64,000 nucleotides of DNA from Callorhinchus milii (taxonomy: Eukaryota), in assembly GCF_018977255.1 (NCBI RefSeq), contig NW_024704742.1, forward strand, positions 122,638,001 to 122,702,000. Direction: 5' to 3'. Within the stretch, counting starts at the first letter, position 1. Every line of letters starts with the position of its first letter. The notes below the pieces were generated by a model. It was given only the letters and a program-made list of their open reading frames with translations. It was not told where the DNA came from and ran no database searches. Positions 37,381 to 51,376 of the stretch are shown here, piece by piece. The position numbers were made by a program, and so were the translations under genes.

Positions 37381-38389
37381 TAGCGCCTTCCACATTGGGA
37401 TGATATCTTAAGGCCCCTTACAGATTCGACTGGGCACCTGAGCTTGTAAGGGGAAAGATGGGGGAGAGGAAAGAATTGGCACAAAGTTCCGTATAACTTT
37501 ACCAGGAGACAGTTTTTTGAGAGCAGCAAAGATCTTAGTTTGTCTTTTGGCTTGAATTTATTTTCAAATTGTGGATGCAACCCACTTGACTAATGATCTT
37601 CAGTTAATCTCTTTGCCAGTAATTCTTTGATTTTTTTATGGGAAGAATTATTTTCCCTCTTCTTGCACATACATCTGAGCTTCCTGCAGTGATTTGAAAG
37701 GACATGTCTGTCTCTTTTTCAAAATCCAAACACATAGTAAGTAGCACTGTGCTCCAAGGATATCTGACGAGTCAACCCTGATCTAAATTGATTTTATCAC
37801 TGCAATACATCAATGTTCCTCTCTAGTTCCTAGGAGGAGTTCTGTAGATTGTGAAAAGGATCCTCCTTAGTGGTAAGATGCAGTTCAACTGAGTTTCTGA
37901 AGCATTGATCCTTTCACTTCTTTGCGATTCAGTGTCCTGGATCAATATCAGCATCTCAGTACAATTTATAATTTTATAGCATTTAGATTTGTACAAATAA
38001 TACCAGGGGAAAAAATATTTGTATTTTCTTTGTGATACTATGCTGCGTAACTTAATATTGCATAAAAACAATATTTGTATATTTATATAGGGATCTTTAT
38101 AAATGCATGTTGTTATTTGAAAGATTGTGGTGCTTGAAAAATTACAAGCTTCCTTGGCCATCACTCTTGGGGGCAAAAACAAGAGAAATAAAAACAACAT
38201 TCAAATTATAAACACCAACTGTCTCATTTTAGGGTAGAATTTCAAGACTTAAATTGTATAAATCTTACACTGTGTGCCTGTTTATGGTTGTCTCTTATTT
38301 TCTTGTAAATACAATATAATTTTTCCTTTCACTTGTGAAATCAGTATGTTTTTAGCACTGAAAATCTAAATTCTAATTTATTACTGACC

Positions 38390-38975
38390 ATCAGTGGTCG
38401 GGCTTTCAGCCTTTTTGCCTCCACTCTCTGGAATTCCATCCCTGAATCCCTTTGCCTTCCCATCTCTTACCTCCTTCAAGGACAATCTCATGACCTTCCT
38501 TTTTGACCGTGACTTCGGTCATCTTACCCCCACCTCCCACCCCTCCTGTATCCAACCCCCAGTTCGGTTTCAAACCCTCAATAGCTCAGCACCTTGGGAC
38601 ATCCTCCCGACGTGAAAGGCGCTATATAAAGTCTTGTAGCTCAGTGGTTAGAGCACTCGCCTTGCAAGCGAGACACCTGGGTTCAGTTCCAGGAAGGGCG
38701 AAACCTTGGGCAAGTTTCCTTACTCCACACGCCTAATAATAATCCCTCCAAAACAAAAAACAATGATAAATTGGTCATTTTCAATCCATGACTGTTTGTG
38801 GGACACTGATGTGCGCAATTGGTTGCCGTGTTTCACCCACAAATATACGGTCAATTCACTTTACAGTATATTCTGTGAAGTGCTTTGAGACGTCTAGAAG
38901 ACGTGAAAAGTGCTATATCAAATGCAAGGATTATTATTATTATTATAATAAATGCAATTTATTGTTGTTTGTTTG
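38390..38975 (+). mobile_element. L2 3' end with a short-subfamily SINE (38630-38946) inserted in its tail
   Basis: L2 ...ggcgctatataaa is interrupted by the SINE and resumes ataaatgcaatttattgttg. Confidence 0.9.
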
Positions 38976-40149
38976 TTGGAAAGCTTAAAAGTCCATTGAG
39001 CATGGTAATTTGCTTAATACAAATAAGAATTGTAATCCAAAATGTCATTAGTTAGATCAACAATTTAAAAATAAAGTTTATTTGATTTATTGGGCATATT
39101 TACTAAAGAGGCAAATGCACTTAAGAGATAGTACGTTCCAATCAATCTTTAAGTAAACACTTCAGAAAATCATTCATGCACACACAATGGGTCTCATTGG
39201 CATAGTTTTCCAGATAAAAGCCTTATATTTTTTCCCACCACTTCAAGGGATGAATGAAGTCAACCTCCACAGCTCTCTGCAATAATAAAGATCCAACAGC
39301 CACTCAAACCTCAAACCATTGTGAAGACAGAATGACCAGCATTTCATTGCCTGGACCTGTTCAGAAGCTCAAGGGCAGAGCCTCCTCTTTAAATAACTCC
39401 AGGAGGAAAAATATTCATATTTTGTTTATGATACTGTGCAGTGTAACCTAATATTACACAATAAAGATATATGTAGTTAATGAAAAAACATTTTTAAAAA
39501 TCCAGCATTGACCATGTTGGTGTTATTGTCAGGTTCTATCCCCAAATCGGGGGCCTGAAAGCAATACTGAAGAGAGGCTGAGAGCATTTAAACCTAGGCT
39601 GACAGTTCAATACAGTGTGGGGAGGCAGTGCATTGCTGGAGGTGTTGTGCTTCAGATGAGACGTTAAACCAAGGTCCCTCCTCCTCCAGGTGAACTGTTT
39701 ATAGGACTTTGTGGTGCGCAAAATGGCTGCTGCATTCACCTTCAAATGCAGTCACTGCACTTTATCAGTAAGCCCTATAAAAAGTCTTGAGATGTTTTGA
39801 CGTGATAAGGCACACTGCATCAAATGTAAAGATTACATTATAGTTAAAATTCAGTCAGCCTTTTCTCATTCCACGCTTTTTCATGTACATATAGATTTTC
39901 CAGAAAAAAGCCTTGTATTTTTTTAAAACTTTGATCACTTGAACACACATAATTATATCCTCTCCAACCCATTGTTCAAGAACTGCTAATCAGATTCACA
40001 AATCAGCTTGTTCCAAGGTCTTGCCTTTCCAAAACCTTCCGAGATATCATGATTATCGTTCGCTGGCAGTGTTTCCTAAAGACATTTTAGTTCTATCAAA
40101 CAAATCCAAAAGCAGTTAAGGTTATTTCTGGAAGTTGCACATCAAACAC

Positions 40150-40870
40150 TGGGTGAAATGTTGGACAAGTTTCCTTACTCCACACGACTCTGTTTACCTA
40201 GCAGTAAGTAGGAACCCGGTTGTTAGTCGAATGGCGTATCGCTAATCCAGGGGTAATAATTCCTTCAAAAAAAAAAATTGGTTATTCAATACATGACTGT
40301 TTTCTGGACACTGCTGTGTGCAATTGGCTGCCAGGTTTCACCCACAAAGTATACAGTTAATTCAACAACAACAACTTGCACTTATATAGTGCCCTGCATG
40401 TCTCAGAGCACTTAACAGTAGCAGAGCCTGACTCCAAGCCAGGGAGGGGTGAGGTGGCCGTAAGCACAGTTGAACAGGAAAATTTTCAGGCGGGACTTGA
40501 AAGAGGAGAGAGACAGGACAAGGCGGAAGGATTGAGGGAAAGTGTTCTAGAGTTTGGGGGCATAGTGGCTGAAAGCACAACCTCCAATGATGGAGCTGAT
40601 GGTAGGAGAGACGAGCAAGAGGCCGGTGCCAGTCGAGCGGAGATGCTGGGTAGTGGATTGGGGAGTGAGGAGGTGGGAGAGGTAGGGAGGTGCCAGGGAG
40701 TGAATCCTTTCTCTTTTAACTAGTGTCATGGGATCTTTAAAATCCACCTGAACAGGCAGAAGGGACTTTGGTTTAGCGGCGCATCCAAAAAACAGCACCT
40801 CCAATAATGTAGCATATTTCCAACACTGCATTCAAATGCTCGCCTAGACTGTGAGCTCAGTCCTAATGTG
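40150..40870. mobile_element. Cluster: long SINE fragment (+, 40150-40362), L2 3' end (-, 40363-40703), Deu-SINE (-, about 40705-40870)
   Basis: Each segment matches the corresponding family elsewhere in the window. Confidence 0.82.
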
Positions 40871-41261
40871 CACTGTGGTAATACATCCTAGCCTCTCGGA
40901 AATAATTTCTCTGTTCAATTTTTAAAATCTAAATTAATATCAATTTGGCAGCAATACAAAACTTCCCATTATAGAGCAACTGAATTTCAATCACTCAAAG
41001 GAGTATCAAAGCATTTCAATAGCAGCATTGCAAGCACCCACAAACACCTAGTGTTTTGCCCACTCAAATTGAAAATAACTTCCAACGATATAGTACAAGG
41101 AGAGGCCAATAGATCTGAATGCTATTTCATTTGAGGGGAAAAAAAAGATTGGAAAGAATATGGCTGAGAATTTTAATACAATTTTGGATACTCTCATCCT
41201 AGACTGAGTGTCCACTACACATGAAAATTTCCCTGTGTCTGGAATGGAATAGACACTCTTT

Positions 41262-41592
41262 TGGAGTCCTGTAGCTCAGTGGTTAGAGCACTCGCTTTGC
41301 AAGTGAGAGACCTGAGTTCAATTCCAGGCAGAGGGCGAAACCTTGGGCAAGTTTCCTTACTCCACACGCCTAATAATAATCCCTCCAAAACCAAAAACAA
41401 TAATAAATTGGTCATTTTCAATCTACGACTGTTTGTGGGACATTGCTGTGCGCAATTGGCTGCCGCGTTCGCCCACAAATATACAGTCAATTCACTTTAC
41501 AGTGTGTTCTGTGAAGCGCTTTGGGACGTCCTCCCGACGTGAAAAGCGCTATATCAAATGCAAGGATTATTATTATTATTATTATTATTATT
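41262..41592 (+). mobile_element. Young tRNA(Ala)-headed SINE, short subfamily, full length
   Basis: Intact A and B boxes, CpGs preserved, long (ATT)n tail; differs from 14674 essentially only at cacacgcct vs cacacagagcct. Confidence 0.96.
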
Positions 41593-43623
41593 TTCTCTGG
41601 AGGGACAGATGGACCCTGCTTACCAAATCCTGGAAAGTATTAGGTGTAGCTCCAATGGCCTCACCTATAGGGGTGATGAGATCCCGAAGGTCACAGTGTA
41701 ATGCAAGCTTCACCTGATTATATCATTGTGGCTGCAGAAAACTATTTAATCAACAATTGCTATTTAACAGGGAGCAATGCACTAAGCCCATGCTGCGCAA
41801 TGTAACATGAGGCACTAATTGCACCCTCTTGAGTATCTGCTCACAGACCACATATTTTGGATGGCTGTCTTCACATCATCTTTATCTTTCAACATCCCAA
41901 ATTGCCGGAAGAAAGGATGCCAGCCAAGAATAATTACACGCAATCCTCCAACATTCCGCAGTACTAGAAAATGCAACAGGTTTAGAATTAGTTGCTGCAC
42001 GTTATAGCATTAACCCAAACAGGCACGATAGGAATTCTGCAGATTGCAAAACATTGCAAAACTCCCTGATTTTGAAATTAGAAAATCCCTTTTCTTTGCA
42101 TTCGACATCCTGAAAGTGAATCTAAGTTGCTCTGCAACTTTGGCTGGCACTAAAAANTAGAGTAAAAACTGCAATATTTCTTAAGATTCAATATTAATTA
42201 TAGAAAGAATTTGAATTGTATTCTCCTACCAAGTCATGACAATTATCATAAATACCCTGTAAATTACTTTGTGAATTTGCAATGTTATAGGCCTCACATC
42301 AAATGCAATGGTTACGATTATTTATGATAAGATCTTGCATTTTTATAGCACTTAACCTGTTGAAATATCTCCATCCACTTTCCAACAACAGCTGTCACAT
42401 TTAGTGACAGTATATATCCAGTTTCACATTGCTATATTGCCAGGAAAATAAATCTAATAAACCACCTGCTCCAGTGTGTTGCTTCAAATATGTCAAGAAA
42501 CAATCATTCAAATCTCTGTGAAATGACTTTTATTTTCATTCCATTCATCTGGTTGTTCCTGATCTGGTCACTTCTAGAAAACTGAAATCTTCCAGGAATA
42601 TCACACACTATTTCCTGTAAACACATCTCAACTGACTAAGGAGGTCTCGCTACTTGTGCAGTTTGAGCTGGGCTTGGTAACAACCTTGATAACGTTTATC
42701 CACAAAATACACAGTCACTACACTTTAGAATAATTCCTGTGAACCACTTTGAGATGTCTTCTCGACATTGAAGGCCCTATATCAAATACAAGGAGTATTA
42801 TTAAATGAGATTTAGGGTCTGAATTATAATAACAATTCTTACATTGGATATTGTGCCTTTCACGACAATGATATAACGTCTTTCATGTTAGAAGGACGTC
42901 TCAAAGTGTTTGAACAATACTTGATAAGCATCCTGAGCTGCGTGGGGAGAGGAAAGATGAACGAAAGTGTGATCAAAATAGTACATTTTTAGACAAACCT
43001 TGAAACTTCAGGAGGTCATCTCAAAGCGCTTCACAGGATTTACACTGTGAAGTGTTGTGATTCTATTTTGCAGTGAATGCAGCAGCCAATTTGCATATAC
43101 CAATGTCCCCTCCCCAACTTTGGCCTGTAGCTAACCAAAACATCAAGTGACTACCATTGTATTTGCTGTCCATGGAGCACAGTGTCTCATTGTCCCTTCA
43201 TGGAATACCCACCTAATCCCAAACCAATGATCTCTTGTTTTCGGAGGAAAGTATTGTTCTGAGTTAAGCAATTAGCATTTGATATACATTTGCAAAGTCC
43301 CCCCTGGGATGACTCCTTTCAAAGTTGAAGAACCCTATCTTATCTATTTATCCATCATAACTCATCTCACTAAAAACTGTAGATCAGCCTCCTTGCTCTT
43401 CTCTTCACTGTTTCTAAGAACTTGGATGGTCTCTTTATGTTGAGGTGACCCAGGTTTTACATCAGATAAAAAGGCAATTGTTTCTAAAATATACTCTTTA
43501 CTGGATGCACCACCAGTGTGGTGCAGAGGAATGGAGCATTATATACACTGCATCAGTCAACAACAACAGCCTGTATTTATACAATGCCATTCACTCAGGA
43601 TAGCGTCTCGGAGCAGTGTACAG

Positions 43624-43954
43624 TAATAATAATAATAATAATCCTTGCATTTGATATAGCGCTTTTCACGTCGGGAGGACGTCCCAAAGCGCTTCACAGA
43701 ATATACTGTAAAGTGAATTGACTGTATATTTGTGGGCGAACGCAGCAGCCAATTGCGCACAGCAATATCCCACAAACAGTCGTAGATTGAAAATGACCAA
43801 TTTGTTATTGTTTTTTTTTGGTTTTGGAGGGATTATTATTAGGCTCTGTGTGGAGTAAGGAAACTTGCCCAAGGTTTCGCCCTCTGCCTGGAATTGAACT
43901 CAGGTCTCTCACTCGCAAAGCGAGTGCTCTAACCACTGAGCTACAGGACTCCAC
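43624..43954 (-). mobile_element. Young SINE, short subfamily, nested in an old L2 tail (about 43558-44033)
   Basis: Full-length reverse complement; shares the cacagagcct variant with 14674. Confidence 0.95.
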
Positions 43955-44035
43955 GGCATTGGACACCAAGCAAGGGAGAAGTGGAAGGTGACCATAGCAG
44001 CAGTCAAAGAGGTAGGTCTAAAGATGGGATTTAAA

Positions 44036-44709
44036 TAACAACAACAAATTACACTTGTACAGCACCCTTCATATCAGAAAGAAGTCCCAATGCGCTGGAC
44101 AATCAGGGGTTTTGGACCTGAGCTGGGAGTTAGGGTCAGGAGGGGTGGAGGGTGGTGGGGGAGGGGGTGGGGTGGTGCTGTGGGGGGATCAGGGTGGCTG
44201 AAGGCACAGTCGAAGAGGGAGGTTTTCAGATGGGACTTCAAGGAGGCAATAGAGGGAGTAAGGTGGTGGAATTGCAGGATCGAGTTCCAGAGTGTGGAGA
44301 CATAGATGCTGAATGCCCGACTGCCAATGTTGGGGCAGGAAGTGCAGGGGACATTGAGCAGGCCGGTGTCTGCTGGGCAGAGAGGCTGATATAAAGATAA
44401 ATAAACAGGGGACAAGGTGGAGAAATTGAGGCAGGAAGTTTCAAAGTTTCGGGCCGTAATAATAACAATAATCCTTGCATTTGATATAGCGCTTTTCTTG
44501 ACTTCTGGACATCTCAAAGCGCTTCACAGAATAAAGCAAAGTGAATTGACCATATATTTATGGGCGAAATGCGGCAGCCAATTGCGCACAGCAGTGTCCC
44601 ACAAACAGTCGTGGATTGAAAATGACCAATTTATTGTTTTGTTTTTGGAGGGATTATTATTAGGCGTGTGGAGTAAGGAAACTTGCCCAAGGTTTCGCTC
44701 TGCCTGGAA
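44036..44709 (-). mobile_element. L2 3' end (44036-about 44395) and 5'-truncated short SINE (44457-44709)
   Basis: LWNSI..SLKSHLKTSLFD frame and (AAC)n; SINE body without most of the tRNA head. Confidence 0.85.
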
Positions 44710-46052
44710 CGACAAAGTGAAATGCGGAGGGTTGCAGGTGAAAATGTTCCTTACTACTTACTAAGAGATTGAATATTCTTTATTTCGGCACAACACAATC
44801 AGCATTGGTCAACAAATAGATATGGAGCAATCACATCCAATTCAGTATTCACTCAACATCCACATACATACACATATAATTTGCACAAGTCATTGTCAGT
44901 TCATATAAAATAGATTTTGTGGCGCACTTAAGGCGTTCATTTTCACGTGCAAGTTACCATTATTAAACATTTCCGCCATGAATATTCTGTCACAGTTCTA
45001 GAATAGAAAGTGATTGGCTCCCAAAACTGTTTTCTCTAATCAATCTACATTCCTGTACATCTCCCTTCTTGTTGCATCCTGACCTTTTTCCTTTACTCAT
45101 TTTATTTCCCAGTAAACTTATTTATTTCCCTCCTTCTCGTTATGTTTTCAAATGATTTGGTTTATTAAAACTTCCTAAAGAACATTGGAAATGCTATGAT
45201 GGCTGAAGGCACGGACTTCAATGGAAGGGTTGGGTGACCACAGTAGGCCTATGGTAGCTGAACGAAGGGGATGGGCAGAGGAGTCGGTTCAAACTAAGAG
45301 AAATGCTTGAGCAGTGCCAGATGTTTTAAATTCACCTGCAACATCAGAGAGCACCGCTGCAAAATACACATGAGTGGACTGGAATAATAAATTGTTTCAC
45401 CCCGCAGGGCAAAACTAATAGTTTTTTCCTTAGTTGCTTAACACTTTCTCAGTTTGTTCTTCGGAATATTTGCAGATTGCATGAAATATGTTTGAATTAT
45501 ACATGTTTGAATTATACATCACCTAATCATATTTATTGGATCACTGCATCCTGCTTTTGTATTCACCTTGGCAACGAGTCCCGACTATTGTAGATTTATC
45601 TGGAGTCTAATCATTGATACAATACACGTAATGCCCTATAGGCAGGGCCTTGGTTTGGACATTATTTATATTTGCCTGTAAAATGTTTTAATAGAAATGT
45701 AGAATGCTACAGAAATAGACTTTTCACTTCATTGAGTCTGAACTCGCGTTTCACTCCACCTAATTTATCCAGCTCTCCTGCTCGCTCCCCACAGACTTTC
45801 ATATTCTTTTCCAGGCACTTGTCTAATTCCTTTTCAAAAGAAAAATGTATGCACGCATAAGTGATCTGTGATGGGAGGAAGCAAAACACTTGTGGAACTA
45901 TATCCCAGTGTGAGTCACCATTTTTAAAAAAAAAATTGGTACAAAAACACAGAAAATTACGTTTTTCAAATAATAATACTCATAGGATTATACATTGCAT
46001 CTTGACTTAAAACCCGTTTAGCATCGCAACAACAGGACCAGGTGGAGGACAG

Positions 46053-46548
46053 GTGTAGTCCTGTAGCTCAGTGGTTAGAGCACTCGCCTCACAAGCGAGA
46101 GACCTGGGTTTGATTCTCGGCAGGGCGAAACCTTGGGCAAGTTTCCTTACTCCACACGCCTGATAATAATCCCTCAAGAAAAAAAAACAATGAATTGTTC
46201 ACTTCAATCCACGACTGTTTGTGAGACACTGCTGTGCGCAATTGGCTGCCGCGTCTCACCCACAAATATATACAGTCAATTCACTTTACAGTAACTTCTG
46301 TGAACCGCCTTGAGACGTCTAAAAGACGTGAAAAGCATTATATTAATTAGAAGGATTATTATTTTATTATATAACAACAAATTACATTTGGATAGCACCT
46401 TTCACGTCGGGAGGATGTCCCAAGGCACTGGATAGGCAGGGATTTGGGCCCGAACAGGGGATTGGGGTCAGGAGGGGTGGAGGGTAGGGGTGGGAAGGTG
46501 GCCAAAGGCGCTGTCAAAGTGGAAGATCTTGAGATGTGCCTTGTGAGA
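46053..46548. mobile_element. SINE (+, 46053-about 46370) tail-to-tail with an L2 3' end (-, 46371-46548)
   Basis: Head gtgtagtcctgtagctcagtggttagagcactcgcctcacaagcgag; short-type centre; then aacaacaaattacatttggatagcacctttcacgtcgggagg. Confidence 0.9.
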
Positions 46549-47349
46549 TATAGTAACCCTTTCCACCACAAACTGCAAGTACAACTGTCATATTCCTTTG
46601 TGTCTATTCATTATTTATATCTTTCATCTTACTTTACAGAAAATCTAAATAGCAGAGCCAGTGCAATGACCCTTATTAATATCTGACTCAGACATCAGAC
46701 GGTATGAATAGTAATTCTTTTAAAATTAATTTCAAACTTGAAATATACATTATGAGTCAGTGTAACCACTGGATGAATATTTATTTTGAACAGATATCTA
46801 TTAATGCTGAGGGCATACTGCGCATTTCAGTTATGTATATTGCTTGGCAGAAAGAACAATGAGATTAGTCAGTCGAAAAGACAATCTTCTTGTCAGACAC
46901 TGAATGTAGTGTAGGACAGCCGTTCCATTGTAACGCAGTCTATGAACTGTTTCTCTCAGTTTTTACGTACATTTCATTCAAAAAGAATTCATGCAAAGTG
47001 TTCTTCAGCTCAGCAACCTAACTACATCGTATAATCTCATCTGTGAAGACTTAACCTACTTCTTTTTTTTAAATTTGTATGATTTCTTTACTCTCCAGCA
47101 CAATCAACTTGCTAAAATGAGAATCTAGAAAAACAATTTAAAAACGCTCTTTATTATTATTTCCAATAATATAACAGTCTCGAATAAGGTAAGGAGCTTA
47201 AATAAGAGATGAAGTTGTAGCATTTGCATTGACTGAACTTTGCTCTTAGTGAACAGTAATGGAGAAATGAGATCCACATAGAATGCTGGCTTTGGTCTTC
47301 ATGAATAATAAATAATTCTTGTTTTTAATAAAAGTGCTTATAATCTCAT

Positions 47350-47836
47350 AACAACAAGACAACAACAACAACAAGATTCCATTTATAAAGCGCCTTTCAC
47401 GTCAGGAGGACGTCCCAAGGCGCTGCACAGTTGGGTCATGACCCGAGCAGGGGGGAAATGGTCAGGGGGAGGGGAGGGAGCGAGGAGGGGGGAAATGGTC
47501 AGGGTGAGGGGAGGGATGGGAGGGAGCAAGAAGGGGGAAGAGAGTCGAGAGGGGAGCTGAAGGCTCGGTCAAAGAGAAAGGTTTTGAGACCGGCCTTGAA
47601 GGAGGAAAGGGAGGAAGCGGCGAAGGCACTGGGGGATAGAGTTCCAAAGCCTCGGGGCTGAGAGGCTGAAGGCCCGACCACCAATGGTAGGGCGATTGGG
47701 GCGGGGGACGTGGAGCAGACCGGAGCTGGAGGAACGGAGGGTACGGGCAGGTAGGTAGGGGGATAGTAGGTTGGAGAGGTAGGAGGGAGCAAGGCCGTGA
47801 ATGGCCTTGTAGGTGAGGATGAGGATCTTGAAATCA
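47350..47836 (-). mobile_element. Young L2 3' end
   Basis: Open frame FKILILTYKAIHGLAPSYLSNLL..RTLRSS..GGRAFSLSAPRLWNSIP; CpGs retained; (AAC)n tail. Confidence 0.93.
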
Positions 47837-48479
47837 TTCCTCTGACATCCTAACATCTCAAAGTGCTTCACAGGGGATTTCTGTAAAGTGACTGTGTATT
47901 TGTAGGCAGCTAATCTGTGCATACCAATGTCCCCAAAACAACCCTGAAGTACAAAATAACAATTTAATTTTTTTTAAAAATTGGTTACTTGGAGGGTTGT
48001 TGGTCAGGGTACTGGGAGAAATGCAATACTATTTTAAACAGTCCAGGATATCCAAACAGACAGATGGCAACTAAATTTAATTTCTCATCCAAAATAGAGG
48101 TTTTAGGCTTTTAATCCCAGAGTCAGTTCACGAGTGGCAAACAATTTTAAGAAGATAGTCAGTACTTCAATACATTAAGTCTTTAATTTGCATCAGTTTC
48201 CCCCAATCCCATCATTATACTTTTACTGGAGATCAGTCCCACCGATGCCCAGGTTCCCTTTCCTTTAATACCTATTTATTATTTTTATTTATAATTTCTT
48301 TAAAGAAAAGAATGTATTATATTTTATAATAAATACAAGTAACACACTATATTTACAATCAAGTACATTTTAGTTCCTTAGTACACCCAAACATTTTATA
48401 GCTAAAAATATAGATATTTTTGCTAAATCTTTATAATGGGATTTACCATAAAGTATAGTTTATGGTTTTGTAATTTGCA

Positions 48480-48790
48480 GTTGAATATGGCAGTCAATTG
48501 CACACAGCATTGTCCTACAGACATCCATGAAGTGAATGACTAATTTTACTGATTGTTGGCTAAGCCCCCGGGAGAAAGTCCCTCCAATTTTTGAGTAGTG
48601 CCATGAGATATTTAAAATTCATCTGAACAAGTTTATCAATTCATCCAATGATGGCACTTCCCACATCCATCACATCACCAGAACTGCATTGGATCGGAGC
48701 ATCAGTCTAGACTATGAGTTCAGATTTCTGATGTGGAGCTTCAACTCTGACTTGAAAGAGTGCTACCCACTGAGCCAGGCTGATATCTGT
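48480..48790 (-). mobile_element. Old Deu-domain SINE
   Basis: gcacacagcattgtcctacag, tagtgccatgagatatttaa, agagtgctacccactgagccaggctga head. Confidence 0.65.
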
Positions 48791-49339
48791 GATGTTTAGT
48801 TATCTCTAGACTGTGGAAAGAACTCAGGTTTGATAAGATAAATGCTTCTTTCTGATTCCATCCTTTCTTATGTTTACAATAAGGTATAATCCCAAGTCAA
48901 AAGAGTGGTTGAGATAAAGACTCCTCAGCCCATTTCATCTCATCTCCCTGAATACCAACCCTAAAACATTCTTCCCTTTAAACAGCCAAGCAGTTTCTTA
49001 ACCAAATCTGGTGTTCAAGCCTCAAGCCTTCTCTTTACCCTTTATGTAAAAAGGAACTTGTTTTTTTTCAAAACTTGCCCTTTAGAACCCTTAACCTGTG
49101 CTCTTTTGTCCTGCTGCCTTGGTGTATCTGAAAGTATTGTTCTTGTTTTACTTGCTTAACAGTTAGCATTTTATATACTTCTGTAAAATCCCTTTACTTC
49201 TGTAAAGTTCTGTAAAGCCATGGCATATCTAGTGTCCCACAGAACTCAACCTCTAAAATTGGTGATCTGCCTCATGTTTAATATTACTGAGAAGTGCCAA
49301 GGTTGGGGCACTCAGCAACTTGCATCATCCAACTACAAA

Positions 49340-49661
49340 GTGGAGTCCTGTAGCTCAGTGGTTAGAGCACTCGCTTTGCAAGTGAGAGACCTGAGTTCAA
49401 TTCCAGGCAGGGCGAAACCTTGGGCAAGTTTCCTTACTCCACACGCCTAATAATAATCCCTCCAAAACCAAAAACAATAATAAAATTGATCATTTTCAAT
49501 CTACGACTGTTTGTGGGACATTGCTGTGCGCAATTGGCTGCCGCGTTTGCCCACAAATATACAGTCAATTCACTTTACAGTGTGTTCTGTGAAGCGCTTT
49601 GGGACGTCCTCCCGACGTGAAAAGCGCTATATCAAATGCAAAGATTATTATTATTATTATT
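49340..49661 (+). mobile_element. Young tRNA(Ala)-headed SINE, short subfamily, full length
   Basis: gtggagtcctgtagctcagtgg...gggacgtcctcccgacgtgaaaagcgctatatcaaatgcaaagattatt. Confidence 0.96.
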
Positions 49662-50967
49662 GCAAAGATTTGTAACCATTGACGAACATTAGAGTAGAGG
49701 AGAGGGGATTAGGAGAGGTGGAGGAGTATAAACCAGCATGGACTAGTTGAGCTGAATAGCCATTTATGGCACTGTACAGTTTATGTAATTCTGTGTAATT
49801 TTAAGGATTTTTGCCTTGTTACAATTGTCCTTAAGACAAGTGCACCATAGGACACAATAATTTCTGTGGTGCTGGAAGAGTATGTTAGTGGAGAGAAGGA
49901 AGGTGGCTTGAAAAGGGTTTCAATGTCCCTGTGGTATTCAATGTAATTACAGAGAAGATAAATTGGGGAGTGTGCCAAAAGATTTAACCTGTTAAGGACA
50001 TGGGCATATAAAAACAGAATGTACTCAACATAGACTAATTGACAGAATATAAGTAAGAAACTTAAGAAAGGGCTCGAGTGGGAAAGAAGAGCAATCAAGG
50101 AAAATATTAGCAATAAAAGAAATAAAGAAAAAGTACAGTAGAAGTGAAGAGGATTTCAAAGAAAATAACCAAGTCAAGGCTAATGTGTTTTATAATCTGG
50201 TGTCCTGGCCAACAATCCTCCAGGTAAAACTGATTATTCGCTCATCTTTATTTATGGGACAATATTGTGTTCATATTGGCTGCTGTGTTCACCTCCAAAA
50301 TACACAGTATATTATGTGAACACCTTGAGACATTTCAACAATGTGATAAGGTTCTACATCAATTGAAATAATTATTATCATTTTATGAATAGTCAAAGCA
50401 TTGAGAATAAAGCTGGGTAACTAGAGGCACTAAATGTGTTGGAAAGATACGGGGAGGGGGGGAATGCAATTTGTACGAATGTAGGAAGACACATACGAAG
50501 ATCAGGTGCAATAATGTGGGAAGGTGAATATTCTGACACTACAATGCTCTCTTTCTATTAACCTGGAATTAAACCTAACTCTCAGTGGAGCCAATTTGCA
50601 GCTGTGGAAGGTTCCAAGAGGCACAGACACTTCCTTCCCACAACATCACACCCAGTGTTCTTACAGTTCAAGCCAACACTATAATATCAGCCTGATATCA
50701 CAATGTCCTGATAGTCTGCCCTCACAGTCAACTTTCATAATAAAAAATAAACTCTTTGGCCATGGAGTACATTGCTGATACTGTAGTTTGTAGTGTAACA
50801 GAGGTTCCATTAGACAGAGGAGATATTTTTCACAAGGGCATTATTCATTATTGAAATTTGTCTACAAATATTTATTAGATATGACACCAATTACCTGTGA
50901 ATCGCTTTGAGACATTGTGCGCACAATATCACATACAAGGATTATTATTATAAGGATGTCTTATGTT

Positions 50968-50981
50968 GTTGCCATGGAAAC
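50968..50981. promoter_or_regulatory. RFX X-box motif (candidate)
   Basis: GTTGCCATGGAAAC, within the near-palindrome gttgttgccatggaaacaac (50965-50984). Motif match only. Confidence 0.4.
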
Positions 50982-51376
50982 AACTGCTGTGTGATGAGGG
51001 TCTCTGCAAACATGTAGAGGTATTATTCTGCTCCGAGCTCCCCAATGCTGTGTCCTCCATTATATATTTGCCCATTTTTTAATTTTCTCTTTTTATCCTT
51101 TTCCTTTTTTCCTCAATTTTGACTTCTCTGGCTTGTTCACTTCACTGGATGTTCAAACCACCTTACTCTGTTTGGATTCTGGCAGCTACAATGTAATAAT
51201 AATAATATTTGGATTTGATGTAGTGCCTTATCATGTTGTCAAGATCTCTGAAAACAATTTTTCTGTGAAGTGCAGTGACTAGGTATTTTGTCGGCAAGCG
51301 CAACTTGTACGAATTATAATTTATAATAATAATAATCCCTGCATTTGATATAGCGCCTTATCTATATCAAATGCAG

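Noticed and set aside
37823..38200. 125-aa ORF with signal-peptide-like start, or terminal exon
   Set aside because: The hydrophobic start comes from a T-rich tract; AT-rich, non-protein-like composition.
41263..41335. tRNA-Ala(TGC) gene
   Set aside because: A/B boxes and anticodon arm are present, but there is no proper acceptor stem or T-run terminator; it continues into the SINE body.
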